This document shows positions 1 to 15,000 of a stretch of 64,000 nucleotides of DNA, in pieces. How positions within the stretch are numbered: position 1 is the stretch's first letter; the number at the start of each line of letters is the position of its first letter. The notes under the pieces are model-generated. The model was not told the origin of the DNA. It did no database searches and saw nothing but the letters and a program-made list of their open reading frames with translations. The stretch is taken from NCBI GenBank assembly GCA_004431415.1, contig QPMI01000408.1:1116001-1180000 (forward strand). The letters are read 5' to 3'. Source of the stretch: Cyanophora paradoxa CCMP329 (taxonomy: Eukaryota; Plantae; Glaucophyta). Both the position numbers and the translations under genes were made by a program.

Positions 1-3000
1 AGGCTCTGTCGCATGCTTTATAAACAAGACGGCGAACTCTGTTCCGCTGACCGAGACCGACATCCTTCCGCCTGTATTCTCGAACACTGTTGCGTCGGTC
101 GTCGACTTCACATTTGCCGACGGTGGCTTTACGTTCACGTGCGCCGATTTCCGAGCTCGAGTTCGTTGGTGCACTCGATGTAATTATGATGCTAATGCGC
201 TTCGAACCCTGTTGCAGATACAATGCCCTTGCAACCCCCGGCGCGACTTCGGACAGCCTGCATATTAAGTGGGGCGCTCAGCTAGATCTCGGCGGCGGCG
301 TTGCAGAGCAGCGGACGATGAAATTCGTTGGTGAGTCTCCGTTTACGTTTCCTTCGCCTCTTTGGCAACTCACCCTCCCTCCGCCCCGCGCAGGCGCCTC
401 TCTCTCCTGTACCCCGCTCCGTGTGCGCCGCGGCCCGGGGTTCACCGTCACCTGCACGCTCCAGCGTGCCGCGACCTCCTCGGCCCTCTTGAAGTCGGAC
501 TTCATCGCGTACAATTTCAACGCGAGCTACATTGTCGCCGATCGCACCTCCGAGCAACTGCTGGCCGGTGGAGCGACTGGGATCCGCTTCGCAGCGGACA
601 TTGTCGGTGCCGGCGACGACGGCGTGCTTACCGCGCTGTACAATCCTGCTATCGGCGGTGGCTCCGCGCCTGGTCAACCGAACATCGTGGCCGTCGCAAC
701 GACGCCGACGGATCCGTTCAAGTGCTCCCGTGTACGCGTCGCAAAGAACAGCTCCGTTAGCTGCGTGATGCTTCGTGACGACACCGGCTCCCCTCTCTTA
801 CGTGGTTCTGACTTCGTCGACATGAGTGGAAAGGCTCCGACCGGAGTTGTGAGCAACAGCACTGGTATCTTCTTCGAGTTCGTTGCCACAGCTGTCAATG
901 GGTGCGTGCCTGTCATTTGGTTCGACTCCTTGGCTTTTGTTTTGACTCTCTTGCAGACCAGATTTTCAGTACCTGATCTCCTGGGCGCCATCTGTTGGCG
1001 GAGGCGTAGCTGGAGCAACCGAGCTCCGTGTTGTTTCCGCGTCTGCGGTCTGCTCCGGCTCCCGCAGAAGTCCTCCGGCGGCGGTGCAGTGCATCATATC
1101 CGCAGAGCCCAACGGCGCGGCACTCGAAGTGTCCGACATCGGCGCTCCGGCAGTCAACACGTCTCAGGTGAGGACACATCTTTTCAGATCCGAACCGGAA
1201 AGCGCGCTCTCTGACTTGTTCGTTTTCAGCTTGAAGGCCTGCCGCCTGTCCTCTCTGATGGCAAAATCTTCCAGTCGATTCGCGCGGTTTCTGCTGCATC
1301 CAATGCACCGATTGGGGTGTCGTACTCGAGCGAGGTGAGCCGCTTGTTTGTGGGCACAGATCGCTTCCAATTATACGCTGTCCGTTTATGCCATAACGGC
1401 CTGTGATGCGCAGATCGGCGGCGGTGTATTGTACAGGACATCGACCACAATCATCGAAGCAGCGATTCAGTGCGAACCGCGCTCTCGCCCGGATCGCGTT
1501 GTTCAGTGCTCGATCTCGCCCTATGGACCCTCTCCCAACGTCTTGCGGAACGACATCTTCGTCGCCATTCTCAAGATCGGCCGCCTGCAATTCTTGAGCC
1601 GCAATTTCACGACTCCAAGTGCCAACACGCTCGCCATTTCAATGTACATCCCGCCGGCTCCTCTGGACTCTAGCGCGGCATCGATTGAGGTCAACTACAA
1701 TGGAGATAGCGTGGGCCTCTTCGCGCCCATTCGAAGCATCTCGAACGACGTCGCCATCGTCATTGGTGAGCGACTCCAGTGCGTCAGTTCCAGATGGCGG
1801 CGGTACGCAACGGTGAATTGCACAGCCCTCCCGGATCCAACGTCTGCTCCCTTGATTTCGAGCGACATCGTCGTTTCGGCGCCATCTGTCGGAAGCGTAA
1901 CCGACATCCTGGTCGTCGACGAGTCAAGCGGCGCCGTACGTTATCCAAAACTGCCGATAGACTTCAATTAGCTTCGCTGACATTGTAAAAATCCGCATGC
2001 GCAGGTTGAGATCAAACTCTACGCCGACAAGATCACTGCCGCGGGCACAATCACTGTTGGCTACTCTGCGGCGATCGGGGGCGGCGTTCTCGACAAGACG
2101 AACATAACGGTCTGTCATGCAGCGATTCGCATTATTTGTCAGAAGTGCATATCTTAAACGGCTATGCCTCGCATCAGGTCATCGATGCCACCGGGTCGTG
2201 TGGCAACGGCGTCCAACGCCTGATCATCGGCGGCACTGTGCTGTGCTCCGTTGTTACCGCAGCCGGATCCCCCGCTATTGATTCCACGGACCTCTACGTG
2301 CCGGCTCCAAACTCCTTCATCGAGCCACAGCCCCTCAGCTTTGTCAGCGGCGGCGCCAACCTGACAGTTCGTGCCATTGAAGTTGGCGCAAGCGTTCCTG
2401 TGTCGCTTGGCTGGAGCGCCGAGATTGGCGGCGGCATAATCGCTGGGACAACTGTGGACATTGTCAACGCTTCGTTGAGCTGCGCGCCGCGCAGACGCGA
2501 GGGAGCTGCCGTGCCCTGCACGCTCAGCCCAGTGCCCGGCGGCCCAGGGCTTCTCGCAACAGACTTCATGACGCCAACGACGCAGCCGGCCAGCGCAGGG
2601 GCCATGAGTGCTTTCGAAATCACGAACGGGAGCGCAAGCTTCCTTTTCACGCCCAACGCCCTTCGCATCACGACTGCGCTCTCGGTGCAGTTCGCGTCCT
2701 CTTTGGCTCCGGCGACGCCTCACGTATCGGGCTCGCCTCAATCGACCGTGTTTGTTGGAGCAACCGTGTTGCCCAATATGACTCGAATTGCCCGAGGTGC
2801 CGCTGTCCGCGTCGCCCTGCTCAAGAAAACGACTTCGGACAATCTCCGAACCTCTGATTTTGCTGGCGCGTTCTTCTCGCCATTCGACAACGAGGGGACA
2901 AACGCGACATGCGAGGGCCCCTCTGCTACCGAGCCCGCCTGCATCAACGGAACCCGTCGGGGAGGCGTGCCAATCCTGCTCAGCGGCGGTGCAGAGGTCG

Positions 3001-6000
3001 AGTACATCGTGCGTCCCAACGCGGCCGGTGCGGGCGTGCGTGTCTTCTCCAATTACAGTTCCAAAGTTGGAGGTGGCTCCGTGGGCGAGATTCCCGTCGA
3101 CGTAATTGACGCCGAACTGGCTTGCAATATTCGGCGAGCGATTGTCGGAACAACGGTCACCTGCCACATTCGTCGCTTGCAAAACTCGCCGATCCTTCTC
3201 GCCTCGGACTTCACGGTTGCAGTAATCGGCGCGAAGGGCGCTCTCAGCAATACGACTGCCTTGTCCGGAGCCAACAGCGATCTCGTCTTTACCTTCAACA
3301 GTTCCGAACCGGCCCCAGCAGGCCAGATTGTTGTTCGTTACTCGCACTCAGTTGATTCTGAGCAGCGGCATATCATGGGATCACCAAGCCCAGTTTCTAT
3401 CGTCGGCGTAGACCTGACATGCGAGAACCTGCGCCGCCACGTCGGCGCCTGGGCCACCTGCACGCTCACGAGCCGAGCTAACAGCGCCAGCCTGGCTCCG
3501 ACTGATTTCGCGTTCATCGAGAATGGCTTTGGCAGCTACGGCCCTGTCGTTCGAGATAGCAACGGCGACCTCACGTTCAACTTCACCGCGACCCTGCCGA
3601 CGAACGCCACCGGAGCGCCGATCCAGCTCCGGTTCAACCCCACGATTGACGAAACCAATGCGACGACCGCGTCCTTCTCCGTCATTATCATCAACACGAC
3701 GATGCAGTGCCCTGAGAGGGTTGCAGCGAAGCGCGCCTTCAACTGCTCAGGCACTGCCTCGCCGAACACCGCAACGCTCGGCGCCTCCGACTTTGCCTGG
3801 CCCGCCTTCGAGCAGCTGCCTGGGAACTCGAGTGCCGCCGTGGAATCTCCGACCGGCGTCCTGGCTTGGACGACGGACGGGATCGATTCGTCGCTCCTGG
3901 TGCAGGCGTCTCTGCCCGTCGATGGTGGACTGTTCGTTCTCCGCTGGAACGAGAGCGTTGGAGGCGGCGTCATCGCAGCTGTGTCTCTGGACGTTATCGA
4001 GGCGTCGGTCCGCTGCATCGCCGTTGCAGGCCGTCTTCCTGTGGGCGTACCACTCTCTTGTGCTGTGGTGGCTGCGGAAGGCTCCCCGCCTCTTGAGGTC
4101 AGCGATTTCGGACTGCCCTTCGCGGAGCCCGCGGGCAGCGGAAGCTTCTCGGAGCTGGCCGTGAACGGATCCGACATTGTTTTCACTTACATCCCAACCT
4201 CGTCTATCGCATCACCTGTTGTCCGCATCGGCTTCGCGGCGAGCATCGATGCTTCGAACACCCTCGTCCCGTATGACGAGGCGTTCAACTCCACTCTCGA
4301 GATGGTCTCCGCTACTGTTTCGTGCGACCGGACACGTCTCACCGTCGGAAGCACGATGACGTGCACAGTGGCGGGCAGCAACACGTCCGCGCCTCTGCGT
4401 CTCTCGGACTTTGCATCGCTCAACGTTTCCAGCCCGGAACTAGCAGCCGTCGGATCATTCTCGCCGCTGGAGGTTGAAGGAGGCGCTGCAGAGGCGGCGA
4501 AGCTCACGTTCACCTTCAAGCCATTTGCACTTTCCACAGAGGCCAACCTCACCCTCTGGTACAGCTACACGAGCGCGAGCAATCCCGAGCAGCGACATGT
4601 CGTGGGCTCGTCTACGGGTAGCCTCATCTCCGTGGTTGACGCGGATCTGACATGCGAGAACCTGCGCCGCCACGTCGGCGCCTGGGCCACCTGCACGCTT
4701 ACGCGGCGCGCGAACAGCTCGAGCCTGGCCTCGACGGACTTCATTTTCCCCGCGAATGGCTTTGGTAGCTACGGCCAGCCCGTGCCGACCGGCGACGGCG
4801 ACCTCACGTTCAACTTCACCGCTGCCCTGCCGACCAACGACACCGGAGCGCCGATCCAGCTGCGGTTCAACCCCGCAATCGACGACACCAACGCGACGAC
4901 CGCGTCCTTCTCCATCGTCATCATCAACACGACGATGCAGTGCCCTGAGAGGGTCGCCGCAAAGCGCGCCTTCAACTGCTCGGGCGCTGCATCGCCGAAC
5001 ACCGCGACGCTTGGCGCCTCCGACTTTGCCTTGCCCGCCTTCGAGCAGCTGCCTGGGAACTCGAGTGCCTCTGTGGAATCGCCGAACGGCGTCCTGGCTT
5101 GGACGACGGACGGGGTCGAGTCGTCGCTCTTGGTGCAGGCGTCTCTGCCCGTTGACGGGGGTCTGTTCGTTCTCCGCTGGAACGACAGCGTCGGAGGCGG
5201 CGTCATCGCAGCTGTTTCCCTGGACGTTATCGAGGCCTCGGTCCGTTGCGTAGCCGTAGCAGGCCGTCTTCCTGTGGGTGTTCCGCTCTCGTGCGCTGTG
5301 GTGGCTGCGGAAGGCTCCCCGCCTCTTGAGGTCAGCGATTTCGGACTGCCCTTCGCGGAGCCCGCGGGCAGCGGAAGCTTCTCGGAGCTGGCCGTGAACG
5401 GATCCGACATTGTTTTCACTTACTTCCCGACCTCAGCTGCTACATCATCCGTTGTTCGAATCGGCTACGCGGCGAGCATCGATGCTTCGAACACCCTCGT
5501 CCCGTATGACGAGGCGTTCAACTCCACTCTCGAGATGGTCTCCGCTACCGTCTCGTGCGACCGGACGCGTCTCACCGTCGGAAGCACGATGACGTGCACA
5601 GTGGCGGGCAGCAACACGTCGGCGCCTCTGCGTCTCTCGGACTTTGCATCGCTCAACGTTTCCAGCCCGGAACTAGCAGCCGTCGGATCATTCTCGCCGC
5701 TGGAGGTTGAAGGAGGCGCTGCAGAGGCGGCGAAGCTCACTTTCGCCTTCACGCCCTTTGCACTCTCCGCAGACGCCAACCTGACGTTGCTGTTGTTGGG
5801 CTCGCCTATAACGACCCCTATCGCCATCGTCGGTGCGGACCTGACATGCGAGAACCTGCGCCGCCACGTCGGCGCCTGGGCCACCTGCACGCTCGAGAGG
5901 CGCGCGAACAGCTCGAGCCTGGCCTCGACGGACTTCATTTTCCCCGCGAATGGCTTTGGCAGCTACGGTCAGCCCGTGCCGACCGGCGACGGCGACCTCA

Positions 6001-9000
6001 CGTTCAACTTCACCGCTGCCCTGCCGACCAACGACACCGGAGCGCCGATCCAGCTGCGGTTCAACCCCGCAATCGACGACACCAACGCGACGACCGCGTC
6101 CTTCTCCATCGTCATCATCAACACGACGATGCAGTGCCCTGAGAGGGTCGCCGCAAAGCGCGCCTTCAACTGCTCGGGCGCTGCATCGCCGAACACCGCG
6201 ACGCTTGGCGCCTCCGACTTTGCCTTGCCCGCCTTCGAATTCAAGCAGCTGCCTGGGAACTCGAGTGCCGCTGTGGAATCGCCGAACGGCGTCCTGGCTT
6301 GGACAACGGACGGGGTCGAGTCGTCACTCTTGGTGCAGGCGTCTTTGCCCGTTGACGGGGGTTTGTTCGTTCTCCGCTGGAACGACAGCGTCGGCGGCGG
6401 CGTCATCGCAGCTGTTTCCCTGGACGTTATCGAGGCCTCAGTGCGCTGCGCTACAAGCCGTCTTCCTGTAGGCGAACAAATTCCGGTCGCGTGCATGGTG
6501 GCAGCTGCGGCAGGCTCCCCGCCTCTTGAGGTCAGCGATCTCGGACTGCCCTTTGTGGAGCCCGCGGGCAGCGGAAGCTTCTCGGAGCTGGCCGTGAACG
6601 GATCCGACATTGTTTTCACTTTCACGCCAACAACAGCTGTCGCATCATCGTTGATCAAAATCCGCTTCGCGCCGAGCATTGATGCTTCTGAAAGCCTCGT
6701 AGCGATGGATGGGGCTTCCAACTTCACTCTAGCGTCAGTCGCCGCTACGGTCTCTTGTGACCGGACGCGTCTCACCGTCGGGAGCACGATGACATGCACA
6801 GTGGCGGGCAGCAACACGTCGGCACTTCTTCAGCCCTCGGACTTTGCATCGCTCAACCTTTCCAGCCCGGAACTAGCAGCCGTCGGATCATTCTCGCCGC
6901 TGGAGGTTGAAGGAGGCGCTGCAGAGGCGGCGAAGCTCGCGTTCACCTTCACGCCATTTGCACTCTCCACAGAGGCCAACCTCACCCTCTGGTACAGCTA
7001 CACGAGCGCGAGCAATCCCGAGCAGCGACATGTCGTGGGCTCGTCTACGGGTAGCCTCATCTCCGTGGTCGACGCGGACCTGACATGCGAAAACCTGCGC
7101 CGCCACGTCGGCGCCTGGGCCACCTGCACCCTTACGCGGCGCGCGAACAGCTCGAGCCTGGCCTCGACCGACTTCGTTTTCCCCGCGAATGGCTTTGGCA
7201 GCTACGGCCAGCCCGTGCCGACCGGCGACGGCGACCTCACGTTCAACTTCAACGCTGCCCTGCCGACCAACGACACCGGAGCGCCGATCCAGCTGCGGTT
7301 CAACCCCGCAATCGACGACACCAACGCGACGACCGCGTCCTTCTCCATCGTCATCATCAACACGACGATGCAGTGCCCTGAGAGGGTCGCAGCGAAGCGC
7401 GCCTTCAACTGCTCGGGCGCTGCATCGCCGAACACCGCGACGCTTGGCGCCTCCGACTTTGCCTTGCCCGCCTTCGAGCAGCTGCCTGGGAACTCGAGTG
7501 CCGCTGTGGAATCGCCGAACGGCGTCCTGGCTTGGACGACGGACGGGGTCGAGTCGTCGCTCTTGGTGCAGGCGTCTCTGCCCGTTGACGGGGGTCTGTT
7601 CGTTCTCCGCTGGAACGACAGCGTCGGCGGCGGCGTCATCGCAGCTGTTTCCCTGGACGTTATCGAGGCCTCGGTCCGTTGCGTCGCCGTAGCAGGCCGT
7701 CTTCCTGTGGGTGTACCGCTCTCGTGCGCTGTGGTCGCTGCGCCAGGCTCCCCTCCTCTTGAGGTCAGCGATCTCGGACTGCCCTTCGCGGAGCCCGCGG
7801 GCAGCGGAAGCTTCTCGGAGCTGGCCGTGAACGGATCCGACATTGTTTTCACTTACATCCCAACCTCGTCTATCGCATCACCTGTTGTCCGCATCGGCTA
7901 CGCGGCGAGCATCGATGCTTCAAACACCCTCGTCCCGTATGACGAGGCGTTCAACTCCACTCTCGAGATGGTCTCCGCTACCGTCTCGTGCGACCGGACG
8001 CGTCTCACCGTCGGGAGCACGATGACATGCACAGTGGCGGGCAGCAACACGTCGGCACTTCTTCGGCCCTCGGACTTCGCATCGCTCAACCTTTCCAGCC
8101 CGGAACTAGCAGCCGTCGGATCATTCTCGCCGCTGGAGGTTGAAGGAGGCGCTGCAGAGGCGGCGAAGCTCGCGTTCACCTTCACGCCATTTGCACTCTC
8201 CACAGAGGCCAATCTCACCCTCTGGTACAGCTACACGAGCGCGAGCAATCCCGAGCAGCGACATGTCGTGGGCTCGTCTACGGGTAGCCTCATCTCCGTG
8301 GTTGACGCGGATCTGACATGCGAGAACCTGCGCCGCCACGTCGGCGCCTGGGCCACCTGCACGCTTACGCGGCGCGCGAACAGCTCGAGCCTGGCCTCGA
8401 CCGACTTCGTTTTCCCCGCGAATGGCTTTGGTAGCTACGGCCAGCCCGTGCCGACCGGCGACGGCGACCTCACGTTCAACTTCAACGCTGCCCTGCCGAC
8501 CAACGACACCGGAGCGCCGATCCAGCTGCGGTTCAACCCCGCAATCGACGACACCAACGCAACGACCGCGTCCTTCTCCATCGTCATCATCAACACGACG
8601 ATGCAGTGCCCTGAGAGGGTCGCCGCAAAGCGCGCCTTCAACTGCTCGGGCGCTGCATCGCCGAACACCGCGACGCTTGGCGCCTCCGACTTTGCCTTGC
8701 CCGCCTTCGAGCAGCTGCCTGGGAACTCGAGTGCCGCTGTGGAATCGCCGAACGGCGTCCTGGCTTGGACGACGGACGGGGTCGAGTCGTCGCTCTTGGT
8801 GCAGGCGTCTCTGCCCGTTGACGGGGGTCTGTTCGTTCTCCGCTGGAACGACAGCGTCGGAGGCGGCGTCATCGCAGCTGTTTCCCTGGACGTTATCGAG
8901 GCCTCGGTCCGTTGCGTAGCCGTAGCAGGCCGTCTTCCTGTGGGTGTTCCGCTCTCGTGCGCTGTGGTGGCTGCGGAAGGCTCCCCGCCTCTTGAGGTCA

Positions 9001-12000
9001 GCGATTTCGGACTGCCCTTCGCGGAGCCCGCGGGCAGCGGAAGCTTCTCGGAGCTGGCCGTGAACGGATCCGACATTGTTTTCACTTACTTCCCGACCTC
9101 AGCTGCTACATCATCCGTTGTTCGAATCGGCTACGCGGCGAGCATCGATGCTTCGAACACCCTCGTCCCGTATGACGAGGCGTTCAACTCCACTCTCGAG
9201 ATGGTCTCCGCTACCGTCTCGTGCGACCGGACGCGTCTCACCGTCGGAAGCACGATGACGTGCACAGTGGCGGGCAGCAACACGTCGGCGCCTCTGCGTC
9301 TCTCGGACTTTGCATCGCTCAACGTTTCCAGCCCGGAACTAGCAGCCGTCGGATCATTCTCGCCGCTGGAGGTTGAAGGAGGCGCTGCAGAGGCGGCGAA
9401 GCTCACGTTCACCTTCACGCCCTTCGCACTCTCCACAGACACCAACCTGACGTTGCTGTTGTTGGGCTCGCCTATAACGACCCCTATCGCCATCGTCGGT
9501 GCGGACCTGACATGCGAGAACCTGCGCCGCCACGTCGGTGCCTGGGCCACCTGCACGCTCGAGAGGCGCGCGAACAGCTCGAGCCTGGCCTCGACGGACT
9601 TCATTTTCCCCGCGAATGGCTTTGGCAGCTACGGCCAGCCCGTGCCGACCGGCGACGGCGACCTCACGTTCAACTTCACCGCTGCCCTGCCGACCAACGA
9701 CACCGGAGCGCCGATCCAGCTGCGGTTCAACCCCGCAATCGACGACACCAACGCGACGACCGCGTCCTTCTCCATCGTCATCATCAACACGACGATGCAG
9801 TGCCCTGAGAGGGTCGCAGCGAAGCGCGCCTTCAACTGCTCGGGCACTGCATCGCCGAACACCGCGACGCTTGGCGCCTCCGACTTTGCCTTGCCCGCCT
9901 TCGAGCAGCTGCCTGGGAACTCGAGTGCCGCTGTGGAATCGCCGAACGGCGTCCTGGCTTGGACAACGGACGGGGTCGAGTCGTCACTCTTGGTGCAGGC
10001 GTCTTTGCCCGTTGACGGGGGTTTGTTCGTTCTCCGCTGGAACGACAGCGTCGGCGGCGGCATCATCGCAGCTGTTTCCCTGGACGTTATCGAGGCCTCA
10101 GTGCGCTGCGCTACAAGCCGTCTTCCTGTAGGCGAACAAATTCCGGTCGCGTGCATGGTGGCAGCTGCGGCAGGCTCCCCGCCTCTTGAGGTCAGCGATC
10201 TCGGACTGCCCTTTGTGGAGCCTGCGGGCAGCGGAAACTTCTCGGAGCTGGCCGTGAACGGATCCGACATTGTGTTCACTTTCACGCCAACAACAGCTGT
10301 CGCATCATCGTTGATCCAAATCCGCTTCGTGCCGAGCATTGATGCTTCTGAAAGCCTCGTAGCGATGGATGGGGCTTCCAACTTCACTCTAGCGTCAGTC
10401 GCCGCTACGGTCTCTTGCGACCGGACGCGTCTCACCGTCGGGAGCACGATGACATGCACAGTGGCGGGCAGCAACACGTCGGCACTTCTTCGGCCCTCGG
10501 ACTTTGCATCGCTCAACGTTTCCAGCCCGGAACTAGCAGCCGTCGGATCATTCTCGCCGCTGGAGGGTGAAGGAGGCGCTGCAGAGGCGGCGAAGCTCGC
10601 GTTCACCTTCACGCCATTTGCACTCTCCACAGAGGCCAACCTCACCCTCTGGTACAGCTACACGAGCGCGACCAATCCCGAGCAGCGACATGTCGTGGGC
10701 TCGTCTACGGGTAGCCTCATCTCCGTGGTCGACGCGGATCTGACATGCAAGAATCTGCGCCGCCACGTCGGCGCCTGGGCTACCTGCACGCTTACGCGGC
10801 GCGCGAACAGCTCGAGCCTGGCCTCGACGGACTTCGTTTTCCCCGCGAATGGCTTTGGCAGCTACGGCCAGCCCGTGCCGACCGGTGATGGCGACCTCAC
10901 GTTTAACTTCACCGCTGCCCTGCCGACCAACGACACCGGAGCGCCGATCCAGCTGCGGTTCAACCCCGCAATCGACGACACCAACGCGACGACCGCGTCC
11001 TTCTCCATCGTCATCATCAACACGACTATGCAGTGCCCTGAGAGGGTCGCAGCGAAGCGCGCCTTCAACTGCTCGGGCGCTGCATCGCCGAACACCGCGA
11101 CGCTTGGCGCCTCCGACTTTGCCTTGCCCGCCTTCGAGCAGCTGCCTGGGAACTCGAGTGCCGCTGTGGAATCGCCGAACGGCGTCCTGGCTTGGACGAC
11201 GGACGGGGTCGAGTCGTCGCTCTTGGTGCAGGCGTCTCTGCCCGTTGACGGGGGTCTGTTCGTTCTCCGCTGGAACGACAGCGTCGGAGGCGGCGTCATT
11301 GCAGCTGTTTCCCTGGACGTTATCGAGGCCTCGGTCCGCTGTGCCGCGAGTCGTGGCCCCGCCAATGTTCCGCTCTCGTGTATTGTCGTGGCCGCTCCAG
11401 GCTCCCCGCCTCTTGAGGTCAGCGATTTCGGACTGCCCTTCGCGGAGCCCGCGGGCAGCGGAAGCTTCTCGGGGCTGGCCGTGAACGGATCCGATCTTGT
11501 GTTCACTTTCACCCCGACCTCGACTGTTGCGGAATCTGTAGTTCGAATCGGCTACGCGGCGAGCATCGATGCTTCGAACACCCTCGTCCCGTATGACGAG
11601 GCGTTCAACTCCACTCTCGAGATGGTCTCCGCTACCGTCTCGTGCGACCGGACGCGTCTCACCGTCGGGAGCAAGATGACATGCACGGTGGCGGGCAGCA
11701 ACACGTCGGCGCTTCTTCGGCCCTCGGACTTCGCATCGCTCAACGTCTCCAGCCCGGAACTAGCAGCCGCTGGATCATTCTCGCCGCTGGAGGGTGAAGG
11801 AGGCGCTGCAGAGGCGGCGAAGCTCACGTTCACCTTCACGCCCTTCGCACTCTCCACAGAGGCCAACCTGACGTTGCTGTTGTTGGGCTCGCCTATAATG
11901 ACCCCTATCGCCATCGTCGGTGCGGACCTGACATGCGAGAACCTGCGCCGCCACGTCGGTGCCTGGGCCACCTGCACGCTCGAGAGGCGCGCGAACAGCT

Positions 12001-15000
12001 CGAGCCTGGCCTCGACGGACTTCATTTTCCCCGCGAATGGCTTTGGCAGCTACGGCCAGCCCGTGCCGACCGGTGACGGCGACCTCACGTTTAACTTCAC
12101 CGCTGCCCTGCCGACCAACGACACCGGAGCGCCGATCCAGCTGCGGTTCAACCCCGCAATCGACGACACCAACGCGACGACCGCGTCCTTCTCCATCGTC
12201 ATCATCAACACGACGATGCAGTGCCCTGAGAGGGTCGCAGCGAAGCGCGCCTTCAACTGCTCGGGCGCTGCATCGCCGAACACCGCGACGCTTGGCGCCT
12301 CCGACTTTGCCTGGCCTGCCTTCGAGCAGCTGCATGGGAACTCGAGTGCCTCCGTTGTGCTCGCAGACGGCTTTCTCGCTTGGACGACGGACGGGGACAC
12401 TGTTTCTCTGTTTGTGCAGGTGTCTCTGCCCGTCGACGGGGGTCTGTTCGTTCTCCGCTGGAACGACAGCGTCGGCGGCGGCGTCATCGCAGCTGTTTCC
12501 CTGGACGTAATCGAGGCCTCGGTCCGTTGCGTCGCTGTAGCAGGCCGTCTTCCTGTGGGTGTACCGCTCTCGTGCGCTGTGGTCGCTGCGCCAGGCTCCC
12601 CGCCTCTTGAGGTCAGCGATTTCGGACTGCCCTTTGTGGAGCCCGCGGGCAGCGGAAGCTTCTCGGGGCTGGCTGTGAACGGATCCGACATAGTATTCAC
12701 TTTCACCCCGACCTCGGCCGTTGCGTCTCCTGTTGTTCGAATCGGGTACGCGGCAAGCATCGATGCTTCGAACACCCTCGTCCCGTATGACGAGGCGTTT
12801 AACTCCACTCTCGAGATTGTCTCCGCTACCGTCTCGTGCGACCGGACGCGTCTGACCATTGGGAGCACGATGACATGCACAGTGGCGGGCAGCAACACGT
12901 CGGCGCCTCTGCGTCTCTCGGACTTTGCATCGCTCAACGTTTCCAGCCCGGAACTAGCAGCCGTCGGATCATTCTCGCCGCTGGAGGTTGAAGGAGGCGC
13001 TGCAGAGGCGGCGAAGCTCACGTTCACCTTCACGCCCTTCGCACTCTCCACAGAGGCCAACCTGACGTTGCTGTTGTTGGGCTCGCCTATAACGACCCCT
13101 ATCGCCATCGTCGGTGCGGACCTGACATGCGAGAACCTGCGCCGCCACGTCGGTGCCTGGGCCACCTGCACGCTCGGGAGGCGCGCGAACAGCTCGAGCC
13201 TGGCCTCGACGGACTTCATTTTCCCCGCGAATGGCTTTGGCAGCTACGGCCAGCCCGTGCCGACCGGCGACGGCGACCTCACGTTCAACTTCACCGCTGC
13301 CCTGCCGACCAACGACACCGGAGCGCCGATCCAGCTGCGGTTCAACCCCGCAATCGACGACACCAACGCAACGACCGCGTCCTTCTCCATCGTCATCATC
13401 AACACGACGATGCAGTGCCCTGAGAGGGTCGCAGCGAAGCGCGCCTTCAACTGCTCGGGCGCTGCATCGCCGAACACCGCGACGCTTGGCGCCTCCGACT
13501 TTGCCTTGCCCGCCTTCGAGCAGCTGCCTGGGAACTCGAGTGCCGCTGTGGAATCGCCGAACGGCGTCCTGGCTTGGACGACGGACGGGGTCGAGTCGTC
13601 GCTCTTGGTGCAGGCGTCTCTGCCCGTTGACGGGGGTCTGTTCGTTCTCCGCTGGAACGACAGCGTCGGAGGCGGCGTCATCGCAGCTGTTTCCCTGGAC
13701 GTTATCGAGGCCTCGGTCCGTTGCGTAGCCGTAGCAGGCCGTCTTCCTGTGGGTGTTCCGCTCTCGTGCGCTGTGGTGGCTGCGGAAGGCTCCCCGCCTC
13801 TTGAGGTCAGCGATTTCGGACTGCCCTTCGCGGAGCCCGCGGGCAGCGGAAACTTCTCGGAGCTGGCCGTGAACGGATCCGACATTGTGTTCACTTTCAC
13901 GCCAACAACAGCTGTCGCATCATCGTTGATCCAAATCCGCTTCGTGCCGAGCATTGATGCTTCTGAAAGCCTCGTAGCGATGGATGGGGCTTCCAACTTC
14001 ACTCTAGCGTCAGTCGCCGCTACGGTCTCTTGCGACCGGACGCGTCTCACCGTCGGGAGCACGATGACATGCACAGTGGCGGGCAGCAACACGTCGGCAC
14101 TTCTTCGGCCCTCGGACTTTGCATCGCTCAACGTTTCCAGCCCGGAACTAGCAGCCGTCGGATCATTCTCGCCGCTGGAGGGTGAAGGAGGCGCTGCAGA
14201 GGCGGCGAAGCTCGCGTTCACCTTCACGCCATTTGCACTCTCCACAGAGGCCAACCTCACCCTCTGGTACAGCTACACGAGCGCGACCAATCCCGAGCAG
14301 CGACATGTCGTGGGCTCGTCTACGGGTAGCCTCATCTCCGTGGTCGACGCGGATCTGACATGCAAGAATCTGCGCCGCCACGTCGGCGCCTGGGCTACCT
14401 GCACGCTTACGCGGCGCGCGAACAGCTCGAGCCTGGCCTCGACGGACTTCGTTTTCCCCGCGAATGGCTTTGGCAGCTACGGCCAGCCCGTGCCGACCGG
14501 TGATGGCGACCTCACGTTTAACTTCACCGCTGCCCTGCCGACCAACGACACCGGAGCGCCGATCCAGCTGCGGTTCAACCCCGCAATCGACGACACCAAC
14601 GCGACGACCGCGTCCTTCTCCATCGTCATCATCAACACGACTATGCAGTGCCCTGAGAGGGTCGCAGCGAAGCGCGCCTTCAACTGCTCGGGCGCTGCAT
14701 CGCCGAACACCGCGACGCTTGGCGCCTCCGACTTTGCCTTGCCCGCCTTCGAGCAGCTGCCTGGGAACTCGAGTGCCGCTGTGGAATCGCCGAACGGCGT
14801 CCTGGCTTGGACGACGGACGGGGTCGAGTCGTCGCTCTTGGTGCAGGCGTCTCTGCCCGTTGACGGGGGTCTGTTCGTTCTCCGCTGGAACGACAGCGTC
14901 GGAGGCGGCGTCATTGCAGCTGTTTCCCTGGACGTTATCGAGGCCTCGGTCCGCTGTGCCGCGAGTCGTGGCCCCGCCAATGTTCCGCTCTCGTGTATTG